From NCBI GenBank assembly GCA_948470605.1, contig CAOKPI010000001.1, positions 73,581 through 137,580 of the forward strand: DNA of 64,000 nucleotides. The letters run 5' to 3'. Position 1 is the first letter of the stretch, and each line of letters begins with the position of its first letter. Both the position numbers and the translations under genes were made by a program. Below are positions 1 through 10,466 of this stretch, piece by piece. The stretch comes from an uncultured Clostridium sp. (GTDB lineage: Bacteria > Bacillota > Clostridia > TANB77 > CAG-508). The notes below the pieces were generated by a model that worked only from the letters and a program-made list of their open reading frames with translations, searched no databases and was not told the DNA's origin.

Positions 1-49
1 AAACACTTAAAATCATGTATAATGCTAAAAGTTATAAGGAGGAGAAGAT

Positions 50-1633
50 ATGTTAAATGCAAACGGAGTTACCGTTCGATTTGGGAAAAGAGTATTATTT
101 GAAGATGTAAACATTCGCTTTGGAAAAGGAAACTGTTATGGAATTATTGGAGCGAATGGAGCAGGAAAATCAACATTTTTAAAGGTGCTATCAGGAGAAA
201 TAGAACCAAGCAAAGGAGATGTCAGTCTTGATAAAGGAGAAAGGTTATCCATTTTAAAACAAGACCACTTTGCGTATGAAGAATTTTCTGTTATAGACAC
301 GGTTATTATGGGAAACAAAGAACTTTATGACATTATGAAAGAAAAAGATGAAATTTATGCCAAACCAGATTTTTCAGAAGAAGATGGTATGAAAGCAGCG
401 AAATTAGAAGAAAGATTTGCGGAGTTAGACGGTTGGAATGCGGAATCAGATGCTGCCATGTTATTAAATGATTTAGGAATCATATCAGAAAATCATTATA
501 AATTAATGAAAGAAATCGAAGCAAAAGATAAAGTAAAAGTTTTATTAGCGCAAAGTTTATTTGGAAATCCAGATGTCTTATTATTAGACGAGCCTACCAA
601 TGACTTAGATTTGAAGAGCATTAACTGGTTACAAGATTTTTTAATGGATTTTGAAAATACTGTAATTGTTGTATCACATGATAGATATTTTTTAAACAAA
701 GTATGTACGCATATTGCAGACGTAGACTTTGGAAAAATTAAAGTCTATCCAGGAAACTATGATTTTTGGTATGAGTCAAGTCAATTAGCATTAAAACAAG
801 CCAAAGAACAAAACAAGAAAAAAGAAGAAAAAATCAAGGAATTACAAGATTTTATTGCCAGATTTAGTGCCAATGCTTCTAAATCAAAACAAGCAACGTC
901 TAGAAAGAAAACACTAGAAAAAATAGAACTAGATGAAATCAAACCATCCAATAGAAAGTATCCTTATGTAGATTTCAAGCCAGATAGAGAACCAGGAAGA
1001 GAAATTTTGCAAGTAAAAAATATCTCTAAGACAGTAGAAGGAGTAAAAATATTAAACAACATATCCTTTGATGTCAAACAAGGAGACAAAATTGCCTTTT
1101 TGGCAGATAACGAAATTGCCAAAACCGTATTATTTCAAATCATTAGTGGAGAATTAGAGCCAGATGAAGGAGAGTTAGTATGGGGAACAACGATTACGCA
1201 AAACTATTTTCCAAAAGATAATAACTATTTGTTCGATACCGATGAAGATGTGACAGAATGGTTGAGAAAATATTCAAAAGACCCTGACGAAACTTATGTA
1301 AGAAGCTTTTTAGGAAGAATGTTATTTTCTGGTGATGAAGCCTTGAAAGAAGTTAAAGTTTTATCAGGAGGAGAAAAGGTAAGATGTGTTTTATCAAAAA
1401 TGATGTTATCAGGCGCTAATTTCTTGATTTTCGATGAACCAACCAATCATCTAGATATGGAAAGTATTACATCTGTTAATGAAGGTATGAAAAAATTTGT
1501 GGGAAATATCTTATTTACTTCACATGACCATGAATTAACACAAACTGTAGCAAATCGAATTATCGATATTAAGGAAGATGGTCAAGTGATGGATAGAGAG
1601 ATTACCTATAATGAGTATTTAGGAGTAGAATAA
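50..1633 (+). CDS. ABC-F family ATPase (YbiT/YkpA-like ribosome-associated factor)
   Basis: Two ABC domains (GANGAGKS, LLLDEPTN; LSGGEK, FDEPTNHLD), interdomain linker, no TM segments; RBS AGGAGG. Confidence 0.9.
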   Translation: MLNANGVTVRFGKRVLFEDVNIRFGKGNCYGIIGANGAGKSTFLKVLSGEIEPSKGDVSLDKGERLSILKQDHFAYEEFSVIDTVIMGNKELYDIMKEKDEIYAKPDFSEEDGMKAAKLEERFAELDGWNAESDAAMLLNDLGIISENHYKLMKEIEAKDKVKVLLAQSLFGNPDVLLLDEPTNDLDLKSINWLQDFLMDFENTVIVVSHDRYFLNKVCTHIADVDFGKIKVYPGNYDFWYESSQLALKQAKEQNKKKEEKIKELQDFIARFSANASKSKQATSRKKTLEKIELDEIKPSNRKYPYVDFKPDREPGREILQVKNISKTVEGVKILNNISFDVKQGDKIAFLADNEIAKTVLFQIISGELEPDEGELVWGTTITQNYFPKDNNYLFDTDEDVTEWLRKYSKDPDETYVRSFLGRMLFSGDEALKEVKVLSGGEKVRCVLSKMMLSGANFLIFDEPTNHLDMESITSVNEGMKKFVGNILFTSHDHELTQTVANRIIDIKEDGQVMDREITYNEYLGVE

Positions 1634-1634
1634 A

Positions 1635-2105
1635 ATGGCTAGAGTCGATAAAATTAATTATTATTTAAACATTGCAGAAACCGTAGCAGAGCGAGGAACT
1701 TGCTTAAGAAATAATTATGGCAGTATTATTGTAAAAAATGATGAAATCATATCAACTGGATATTCTGGTGCCCCACGAGGTAGAAAGAATTGCTTAGATT
1801 TAGGCTATTGTACCAAGAGTAATATGCCAAGTGGCAAGGGATATGATAAGTGTAGGTCCGTTCACAGCGAACAAAATGCTATGCTTAGTGCAGCTAGAAA
1901 AGATATGATTGGTGCTACTTTGTATATGGTGGGGATTAATAATAGAAATGGGGAATATGTGACAGATAATTGGCCTTGTACGTTTTGCAAGAGGATGTTG
2001 ATTAATGCTGGTATCAAGGAAGTTGTGATGAGGGATACCAAAACAACATATCGAATTGAACAAGTACAAAATTGGATTGAGGAAGATGATTCGTTGGAGT
2101 ATTAG
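1635..2105 (+). CDS. dCMP deaminase / cytidine-deoxycytidylate deaminase family
   Basis: Zn-binding HSE and PCTFC motifs, TGYSGAPRG. Confidence 0.85.
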   Translation: MARVDKINYYLNIAETVAERGTCLRNNYGSIIVKNDEIISTGYSGAPRGRKNCLDLGYCTKSNMPSGKGYDKCRSVHSEQNAMLSAARKDMIGATLYMVGINNRNGEYVTDNWPCTFCKRMLINAGIKEVVMRDTKTTYRIEQVQNWIEEDDSLEY

Positions 2106-2273
2106 CATTTCTACGATTTTATGACAATTTTTTGATAACTATTGTAAACAGAAAGCGTTTACTATATAATATAATTAGATGTAATTAATGTATTATAAAG
2201 AGTATAACAGAAAAGGGGAAGAATATGGATAGAGATAGAAATAACACAAAGAGACTTGCTTATATGAAGAAAG

Positions 2274-3701
2274 CTTAGTACCCGACAGTTTTTTAATAAA
2301 GTAGATGAAGCTATGTATTTATCTGTTTTATTAGGATTCTTTTTTTGATTTTTTTTGAATAAAAAATTTTTTGGAAAACTAGATTAAAATTTGCATGACT
2401 AATAAAACACTTACATATTTTCCCATAATCTTACTTTTTATATTTCATATAATATAAAATTACACCTGATTTTGGGGACTCTATTTGAATTAAAACATAA
2501 ATTAAAATAAATTAGTCCAGTACTAAATAATGATATAATTCTTTTGTTTTCATTTTTCTTTTTATATATTCTTATTTTTACTCTATTTCCTTGCTTTCCT
2601 TCTTTAACTGTATATTCTACTCCTATTATGATAAGCCATAATAATGCTATACACATAATTCCAAACATTGTTTTAAACGACTGTATATTCTTCATTTTTG
2701 TGCTTTCTAAGCGAAATCCATTTGTTTTTTGATTCTTAAACATACATTCTATTGAACCAAATCGATAACTATAATTTTTTATCCCTTCTTCTACTTTTCC
2801 ATTGGTTAACACATATATTGCTTCTTCATGTCCTTCTTTTTTACTTACTGCCATTTTTGTATCATATCTATGTTTTACTATTGTTACTCTTTCAAAATAT
2901 TGTTCTTCTTTCTCCTTCGGTTTTACATCTTTTGTATATCCTGCTATTTCTCCATAATTATGAATATAAAATGTTAATCTTGATTTTATTCTTATGCAAT
3001 ACGTCTCTCCTAGTTCTTCTATATATTTCATTATTTTACAGTTATCAAACCATCTATCTGCTAAATATATTATTTTTAGTTCCTTATTTTTCCCCTTTAA
3101 TAGCTCATATGTATCTTTAATTCCTTCTGTTATTAATTTCAATTGGCATGCTTCTGATGGCATTTTTCCTTTAAAACATCTGAACCATAATGGAATTCCG
3201 CTGCTTATCTATTTTCATAGAAAACACTAGCATTGTAAAATCATCTCTACAATACATATGGTCTATACTTACATGTATTTCTTTTTTTTGAGGATTATAT
3301 TTAGAAAGGGTATTTGAAATAATTTCTTGATAGAATTTATAGATATCAAATTTTGGATTATTAAAAAATCGTTCTAATCTTCTTATTGTTGAAAATGGAT
3401 TGACATGAGAAAAATCTCCTTTTAATTTCTTTACAATATCATTGGTTACAACTGATTCTGCTTCAATCATTCCTAATATAATGTATGGAATTAGTTTTAA
3501 TTGTGGTTTCTTAATGCTTGTAATTTTTTCAAAATATTTTCCTAAATCTCTTGCTATATTCTTTTGAGTATTATACAATTTATTCATAAAAACACCTTCT
3601 TTCGTAAATATTGAGTTTGTTTTTTTGTGTCATCAATATTTTACCAAAGTTGGTGTTTTTTTTCAATTCTTCCTTTTCTCTAAAAACTGTCGGGTATTAA
3701 G
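2274..3701 (-). mobile_element. IS4-family insertion sequence, 1428 bp
   Basis: 20-bp terminal IR CTTARTACCCGACAGTTTTT (2274-2293 / 3682-3701, one mismatch); 9-bp target duplication TGAAGAAAG at 2265-2273 and 3702-3710. Confidence 0.9.
2438..3587 (-). CDS. IS4-family DDE transposase, ~382 aa when joined by +1 shift at CGGA (3200-3197)
   Basis: ORFs 3171-3587 and 2438-3163 join as KQ-G-IPLWFRCF; motifs VSIDH, LADRWF, YSYRFGSIECMFKNQK. Confidence 0.8.
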
Positions 3702-4666
3702 TGAAGAAAGCTAGAGATTATTTTGATAAACAGATTAAAAAAGAAGAAAGCAAACAAAAAAGAAAATTAACAAAAAAAGAACGTAAGGAAAATAGAAAAA
3801 AGAATAGAAAAATGGCAAAAAGGGTGGCAATGTTTGCTACAGCTTTTGCTTTAGGTATAGTTGGAGGAGCAGAGGGAAGGCATCTATTAGATTCAGGCCA
3901 TACTATAGAGGTAGCAAATAAGGAAGAACATAGTGTTACAATTGATGACGAAAAAATTGATGGAGTGATAAGGATTACGAATGCAAGGCATACATTTATA
4001 AATGGGATACATGTAGGTGAAGATGAATTAGAAGTAGCTAAAAATATAAATGGTGCTTTGGAAATTAATACTAGAGAGGACGTAAATAAACTACATGATA
4101 AACCAGAAGAAGTATCAACATTTCTAAAAGCGTTACTGGCAGAAGAATATAATACTCTGAAAGATGGAGATGACTATCATGATAAAGAAGATATAACGAG
4201 TGATAATATAAAAGAGATACATCGAAAAGAAGGTGGAAAAGAAGAGGAAAGAAGCTATAGTATTGTAGAAGAGATGAGTTCAAATAGACATAACTTAATA
4301 AGCATTACAATGAATAACAAAGATAATAAAGAGACAATTGTTAATTGGAAGTATGTGAAGACTTCTGGTGATAATTATGCAATAGTTCCAACTTTTCTTG
4401 GAGATAAACATGGAAAAGATGCAGTTGAATACAAAAGAGTAGAAAACACATTAAATAAACTCCTTCCCGTACTTGATAAAGGATTAGACTGGATAGATAA
4501 AGGAGCAAGAAAAGACCAATCTCAAGCTTTCTTTGAATCGATGTTGGAATATAAAAAATCTAAAATGAACAGAATTGCAACAGAACACATGCAAATGGAA
4601 GATGGTAAAATTTATTATAAAGAAGATCCAAAAGGAGATGATGGGACATTTGATCTTACTCGTTAG
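3701..4666 (+). CDS. Hypothetical membrane-anchored protein; original start at 2225 separated from the body by the IS4 insertion
   Basis: Removing the IS gives MDRDRNNTKRLAYMKKARDYF from ATG 2225 with RBS AAGGGG; basic N-terminus then hydrophobic VAMFATAFALGIVGG. Confidence 0.7.
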   Translation: MKKARDYFDKQIKKEESKQKRKLTKKERKENRKKNRKMAKRVAMFATAFALGIVGGAEGRHLLDSGHTIEVANKEEHSVTIDDEKIDGVIRITNARHTFINGIHVGEDELEVAKNINGALEINTREDVNKLHDKPEEVSTFLKALLAEEYNTLKDGDDYHDKEDITSDNIKEIHRKEGGKEEERSYSIVEEMSSNRHNLISITMNNKDNKETIVNWKYVKTSGDNYAIVPTFLGDKHGKDAVEYKRVENTLNKLLPVLDKGLDWIDKGARKDQSQAFFESMLEYKKSKMNRIATEHMQMEDGKIYYKEDPKGDDGTFDLTR

Positions 4667-4789
4667 GATGAAAGATAAAGTGAAAACTTTATCTTTTTTA
4701 AAAATAAAGTAAAAAAACACTTGACCAAACCAATACGTAATCTGTTATAATAAAAAACGAATGAAATTTTAATAAAGGAAGGATAAGAA

Positions 4790-6973
4790 ATGGAAAAAAT
4801 CATTAAAACAATAGCAGAAGAACTAACTATAAAGCCATCACAAGTAGAAAACACCGTAAAATTAATTGACGAAGGAAATACCATACCATTTATTGCACGT
4901 TACAGAAAAGAGGTCACAGGAGGTTTAAGTGATGAGGTTTTAAGAGACTTAGGAGAAAGGCTAACCTATCTTAGAAACTTAGAGCAAAGAAAAGAAGAAG
5001 TCATTAAATCAATTGAAGAACAAGGCAAATTAACCGACGAAATTTTGCAAGCGGTTGCAATCGCTAAGACATTAGCAGAAGTAGAAGATATTTATCGACC
5101 ATACAAACAAAAAAAGAAAACAAGAGCAACAGTTGCTAAGGCAAAAGGATTAGAACCATTAGCACAAATCATTATCGAACAAAAAGAGACAACACCAATT
5201 CAAGAAATTGCCAAAGAATATATCAACATTGACAAATTATCGGAAGAAGACAAGAAAAATAAAGACAAAGTAGTCAATAACGAAGAAGAAGCAATACAGG
5301 GAGCTTTGGACATCATAGCAGAAGATATTTCTGACAATGCAAAATATAGAAAAGAAATCAAAAGGCAATGCTACAGAGAAGGTTTGATTGAGACAAAAGC
5401 AGCTAATCTAGAAGAAAAATCAAATTATGAGATGTACTATGAATATAGCGAAGCCATTAAATATATTCCAAGCCATAGAATTTTAGCGATTAATCGTGGA
5501 GAAAAAGAGGAATTTTTAAAAGTAAAAATTCAAAAGCCAGAGGAAAAAATATTGGCGTACATACAAAGAGATACCATAAAAGGGGAAACGCAATTCACAA
5601 CTATGTTAAAAGAAACGATTTTAGATAGCTTTAAACGATTGATTGAACCATCCATTGAAAGAGAAATTCGTAGTGATTTAACAGAAAAAGCTGAAGAAAA
5701 AGCGATTAAAGTATTTGGTCAAAATTCGAAACAATTATTATTAGGGGCACCTATTAAAGGGAAAACTGTTATGGGATTTGACCCAGCTTATCGAACAGGC
5801 TGTAAAATAGCGGTTATTGATGAGACAGGAAAAGTATTAGATTATACAACAGTGTATCCAACAGAGCCACAAAATGATGTAGTAGGGGCGAAAAGAGAAC
5901 TCTTAAAATTGATTGAAAAAGATAAAGTCGATATGATAGCGATTGGAAATGGAACAGCTTCCAGAGAGTCAGAAATGTTTGTGGCAGATATGATAAAAGA
6001 TGCGTCAAGAACCGTTCATTATGTGATTGTAAGTGAAGCGGGAGCATCTGTGTATTCAGCTTCTAAATTAGCAACTGAAGAATATCCAGATATTAATGTA
6101 TCGATTAGAGGTGCTATTTCCATTGCCAGAAGATTACAAGACCCATTAGCAGAATTAGTAAAAATAGACCCAAAAGCAATTGGAGTAGGGCAATATCAAC
6201 ATGATGTGAATCAAAAAAGATTGGCAGAAAGCTTAACAGGTGTGGTAGAAGACAGTGTTAATAAGGTAGGGGTAGATGTTAATACAGCGACACCATCGTT
6301 GTTATCTTATGTATCAGGAATTAACAATTCCATTGCTAAAAACATTGTAAAATATAGAGATGAAAATGGGAAATTAAAAAATAGAAAGCAATTATTAAAA
6401 GTTCCGAAACTTGGAAAAGTAGCTTTTGAACAATGTGCTGGTTTCTTAAGAATTTTAGATGGAGATAATCCACTCGAAATTACAGCAGTTCACCCAGAGA
6501 GCTATGAAGCAACAGAAAAGTTATTAGCTAATTTAGGATTTGATAAAAAAGATTTACAAAATAAAGAAAAACTAGAAGGGTTGCGCCAAAAATTAAAGAG
6601 TGTTAATGTAGCAACTATGGCGAAAGAATTAGAAATTGGTGAGATGACATTATCCGATATTATTGACGAATTATCCAAACCAGGTAGAGACCCTCGTGAA
6701 GATATGCCAAAACCTATTTTAAGAAGCGATGTTTTGAAACTGGAAGATTTAAAAGAGGGTATGGTACTAAGCGGAACGGTTAGAAATGTAATTGATTTTG
6801 GTGCTTTTGTGGATATTGGCGTAAAGCATGATGGATTGGTACATATTTCTGAAATGAGCGATAAGTTTGTTAAGAATCCGTCAGAGATTGTTTCTGTGGG
6901 AGATGTGGTAAAAGTTAAAGTAATTAAAATTGATAAAGAAAGACAAAAAGTGGGGCTTTCTATGAAAGTTTAG
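4790..6973 (+). CDS. tex: Tex family RNA-binding transcriptional accessory protein
   Basis: GNTIPFIARYRKE, DPAYRTGCK, IGNGTASRE, GVGQYQHD, C-terminal S1 domain. Confidence 0.95.
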   Translation: MEKIIKTIAEELTIKPSQVENTVKLIDEGNTIPFIARYRKEVTGGLSDEVLRDLGERLTYLRNLEQRKEEVIKSIEEQGKLTDEILQAVAIAKTLAEVEDIYRPYKQKKKTRATVAKAKGLEPLAQIIIEQKETTPIQEIAKEYINIDKLSEEDKKNKDKVVNNEEEAIQGALDIIAEDISDNAKYRKEIKRQCYREGLIETKAANLEEKSNYEMYYEYSEAIKYIPSHRILAINRGEKEEFLKVKIQKPEEKILAYIQRDTIKGETQFTTMLKETILDSFKRLIEPSIEREIRSDLTEKAEEKAIKVFGQNSKQLLLGAPIKGKTVMGFDPAYRTGCKIAVIDETGKVLDYTTVYPTEPQNDVVGAKRELLKLIEKDKVDMIAIGNGTASRESEMFVADMIKDASRTVHYVIVSEAGASVYSASKLATEEYPDINVSIRGAISIARRLQDPLAELVKIDPKAIGVGQYQHDVNQKRLAESLTGVVEDSVNKVGVDVNTATPSLLSYVSGINNSIAKNIVKYRDENGKLKNRKQLLKVPKLGKVAFEQCAGFLRILDGDNPLEITAVHPESYEATEKLLANLGFDKKDLQNKEKLEGLRQKLKSVNVATMAKELEIGEMTLSDIIDELSKPGRDPREDMPKPILRSDVLKLEDLKEGMVLSGTVRNVIDFGAFVDIGVKHDGLVHISEMSDKFVKNPSEIVSVGDVVKVKVIKIDKERQKVGLSMKV

Positions 6974-6997
6974 ACAGGGGGCAATTGGGGACGTTTC

Positions 6998-8760
6998 GAG
7001 GCTGCTGAAAAAGTAGTCTGAAAATAGCTCTCTAAAAATCGTGAACTGAAAAAATTTTTTCAAGTTCACGATTTTTCTATATTTTAATAGTTTAATGTGA
7101 TATAATTAACCCAGTTGAAAGGGTTAATATAACTATGTTAAAAGAAAATAATCAATTAAGTTTTTGTTTAAGTTCACATGCATCACTTTTTGATGTATTG
7201 ATAGAAAAAGATAATTTTTGGAGACAACTAAAAGATATGGTTGATTTCTCTTTTGTTTATGATGAGTTAAAAGATAAATATTCTTCAACAATGGGAAGAA
7301 AAGCAGAAGATGTAATAAGAATGTTTAAATAGATTCTACTTAAAAATTACTACAAATTATCTGATAGAGATTTGATAGCAAGAACTAAAACAGATATGTT
7401 ATTCAAATATTTTCTTGATTACTTGCCAGAAGAAGTTAATTTAATTGACCCAAGTTTGTTAACAGTTTTTAGAAGAGAAAGATTAAGTAATAAAGAAAAC
7501 GAAGAAGAAACATCAATCAATTTAATGGATAAATTAATAGCTAAGACAGTAGAAATAGCTTTAGAAGAAGGTGTAATTGAAGTTAAAAATAAAATAATAC
7601 AAGATTCAACTCACACAAATGCAATGTATCAACACATTTCACCTAGAGAAGAACTAATAAAACAAGCTAAAGAATTGAGAAAATCAATATATAAAATAGA
7701 TGAAACCATGCACGGTAAAATGACTAAAAAAAGAGAAAGTACAGGTCTTTTAGAAGACCAAATAGAATATACAAAAGATTTACTTAATTTAGTAAAAAAA
7801 GATGCCAGATTCACAACAATACCAGTAATAAACGAAAAAATAAATATGTTAGAAGAAACAATGAATGATACTGAATATGAAATAGAATATTCAAAAGATA
7901 AGGATGCAAAAATTGGTCACAAAACAGCTGATACATCTTTCTTTGGATACAAAACACACATAGCAATGACACCAGAAAGAATAATAACAGCAGCAGTAGT
8001 AACATCAGGAGAAAAACATGATGGAAAACAATTACAAACACTAGTTGAAAAGTCTCAAGCAAATGGCATTGAAGTTGAGGCTATTATTGGTGATGGTGCA
8101 TATTCGGAAAAAGAAAATATTGAATATTGTGAAGAAAATAGTATAAAGTTAGCTAGTAAATTAAGTAAAGTTGTAACATATGGTAACACTCAAAGAAACA
8201 ATAATTTTGAATACAATAAAGATGCTGGAATGTATGTGTGTAAAGGTGGTCATATGGCAATAAAAAAAGCAAAGCATGGAAGTAAAAAAGTTAGAAATCA
8301 AACAGAATGTTATTATTTTGATGTTGAGAAATGTAAACGTTGTCAGTATAAGGAAGGGTGTTACAAAGAAGGAACAAAAAGTAAAACATATTGTGTAACT
8401 ATAAAAAGTGATACACATATAAAACATATGGATTATATGGAAACGGCTGAATTTAAAGAATTATACTCTGAAAGATATAAAATTGAAGCCAAAAATTCAG
8501 AGTTAAAAAGTAACTTTGGTTATGATAATGCTAATGCTTGTGGCAAAAATGGTATTACAATCCAAGGGGCGAGTGCGCTCTTTTTAGCCAATATAAAACG
8601 AATAATTAAATTAAAAAAAGAAAAAGTACAAAATAATGGGTAAATATACCCATATATTTTATACTTTTTTACTATTTATAGAAAAATCGTGAACTTGAAA
8701 ATTTTTTTTCAGTTCACGATTTTTTGAGAGCTATTTTCAGTCTACTTTTTCAGCAGCCTC
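6998..8760 (+). mobile_element. IS1182-family insertion sequence with ~84-bp inverted repeats
   Basis: IRs GAGGCTGCTGAAAAAGTAG...CTATA at 6998-7081 and 8677-8760; no target duplication; inserted in a palindrome. Confidence 0.85.
7135..8643 (+). pseudogene. IS1182-family transposase with in-frame TAG at 7330-7332
   Basis: ORFs 7135-7332 and 7372-8643 are in the same frame; MFK*ILLK; motifs QDSTH, FFGYKTH, GDGAY, RYKIEAKNSELK. Confidence 0.8.
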
Positions 8761-8778
8761 AAACGTCCCCAATTGCTC

Positions 8779-10080
8779 CTAAGGCTTTAATGCTGTAATT
8801 GGTACAATATAAATGCCTGTTTCTGGGTCTCTTACCGCTGCTGAACATTTTCCAACTATAACGCACATAAATGCAGGCTTTTTTATCATATTAGCATAAA
8901 AATTTAATAGACTTTTCTTTGCCTCATCAACTTGATTATAGCCTAATTTTATTTCTACAGCTGCGTATTCTCCATCTGAAAATTCTAAAATTGAATCTAC
9001 TTCCAATCCTGTAACATTATCTCTAAAATGATATAAATGTCCATCTAGATAATCCATATAAATTCTTAAATCTCTTTCCACTAGTGCTTCAAACATAAAA
9101 CCAAATGTCTTTAAGTCTTTTAACAGTTTTTCTGGTGTTAATCCTAAACAAGCACATGATAATGATGGGTCTGTAAAATGTCTTTTAGGAGACTTTCCAA
9201 CTCTCTTAGGAGAACGATAATTTTCTCCATATGCCTCTTGATTTTCAATTAAATGCAATCTATCTAACACATCTAAATAATCAATTACAGTATCTCTACT
9301 TGATAAAAGCCCTGTCCCATTTTCATATTCTTCTATGTCTTTTATTATGGTTTTATTTCCTACAATTGATGCTTCATTTCTTGCAAGCGATTTTAAAAGC
9401 ATTTTCATTTTATTTTTGTCTCTTCTTTTTTCTGTTTCTTCATTTATATCTATATTTAAAACTGAATCTATGTATGATTTTGGTATTAATCCAATTTTAT
9501 TTTCACTTACATTTATATTGGCTGGCCAACCACCTCTTATCAATAAATTTGCCAAGTGTTGTATTTCTATGTTACCTGTATTGAGTGTTTCTTGTGTGTG
9601 ATTTAACATATTGCACAAAGAAGCCTCTCCTGTGGAATCTCCAGATTCATATAAGCTCATAGTATACATGTTTAGCCTTCCAATCCTACCTGCCCCTGAA
9701 TGATGTACTTTTTCTTTCATTATTTTATTTGGTAATGTTGTAGAACCTGTTATAATAAAATTTCCCTTTTCCGTGGTTTTATCGCATTCACGTCTTACTG
9801 CATCCCATATCGTTGGTACCAAATGCCATTCATCAATTAATTGTGGCTTTTTTTTCAAATCTTTATTAAAAATTGATTTAATATCAATTTTTGCCATTTC
9901 TCTTACATCTTCATCATCCATATAAATTTCACTTTTAGAATGTCTTAATGATGTCCAAGTTTTTCCACACCATTTTGGTCCTTCTATGCTTACAGCTCCA
10001 AACACAGATAAATAATCTTCTAATTTCTTTTCAATCAATCTCTTTCTATACTCTGTTTCATCAATTGCCATTCTATCCAC
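8779..10080 (-). CDS. AAA_14 ATPase with DUF4143-like C-terminus
   Basis: GPKWCGKT, LIDEW, RGGWP, KRHFTDP, EVD..AVEIK nuclease-like tail. Confidence 0.85.
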   Translation of the reverse strand: MDRMAIDETEYRKRLIEKKLEDYLSVFGAVSIEGPKWCGKTWTSLRHSKSEIYMDDEDVREMAKIDIKSIFNKDLKKKPQLIDEWHLVPTIWDAVRRECDKTTEKGNFIITGSTTLPNKIMKEKVHHSGAGRIGRLNMYTMSLYESGDSTGEASLCNMLNHTQETLNTGNIEIQHLANLLIRGGWPANINVSENKIGLIPKSYIDSVLNIDINEETEKRRDKNKMKMLLKSLARNEASIVGNKTIIKDIEEYENGTGLLSSRDTVIDYLDVLDRLHLIENQEAYGENYRSPKRVGKSPKRHFTDPSLSCACLGLTPEKLLKDLKTFGFMFEALVERDLRIYMDYLDGHLYHFRDNVTGLEVDSILEFSDGEYAAVEIKLGYNQVDEAKKSLLNFYANMIKKPAFMCVIVGKCSAAVRDPETGIYIVPITALKP

Positions 10081-10126
10081 CTCTTCGTCTAATATAGCAT
10101 CTTTTTAGTAAATAGTCAATATTTAA

Positions 10127-10164
10127 TCGACACTTTTTAAGCTTTTCGTTCGACACTTTTTAAG
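10127..10164. promoter_or_regulatory. 15-bp direct repeat TCGACACTTTTTAAG x2 just upstream of the -35 of the DUF4143 gene
   Basis: Copies at 10127-10141 and 10150-10164; minus-strand TTGACT at 10114-10119. Confidence 0.5.
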
Positions 10165-10243
10165 AATTTTATTGTGTAAATTTTTAGTAATGTTTTGTGC
10201 ATTTTTTGAATGTATGTATTTTCATTATGTAGCAGTCAAGAAA

Positions 10244-10325
10244 AGGAGCAAAAGGAAACGAACCTAAAGGCATAACTTATCTGTACGCATTAAAATGTTA
10301 CAGCTAAGAAATCCCCAATTGTCCC
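10244..10325. repeat. REP-like arm interrupted by a 51-bp insert
   Basis: AGGAGCAAAAGGAAACG | 51 bp | TCCCCAATTGTCCC; the contiguous version is at 16435-16465. Confidence 0.65.
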
Positions 10326-10466
10326 AGTCAAAAAAAGTAAACTTACTATAAATTAATTTCATTTATTTTTATAAACTGGTTGACGAATTAAAGAATTATC
10401 GTTATATAATAATTAGTGCACTATTTAAATAGAATTTTTTAATTTTAATAGTAGGAGGAGAAAAAC

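Noticed and set aside
7330-7332. TAG read-through or stop reassignment (also 43304-43306)
   Set aside because: The two in-frame TAGs appear to replace different residues (Tyr and Trp), both lie in mobile genes, and many intact genes here end in TAG; simple nonsense mutations.
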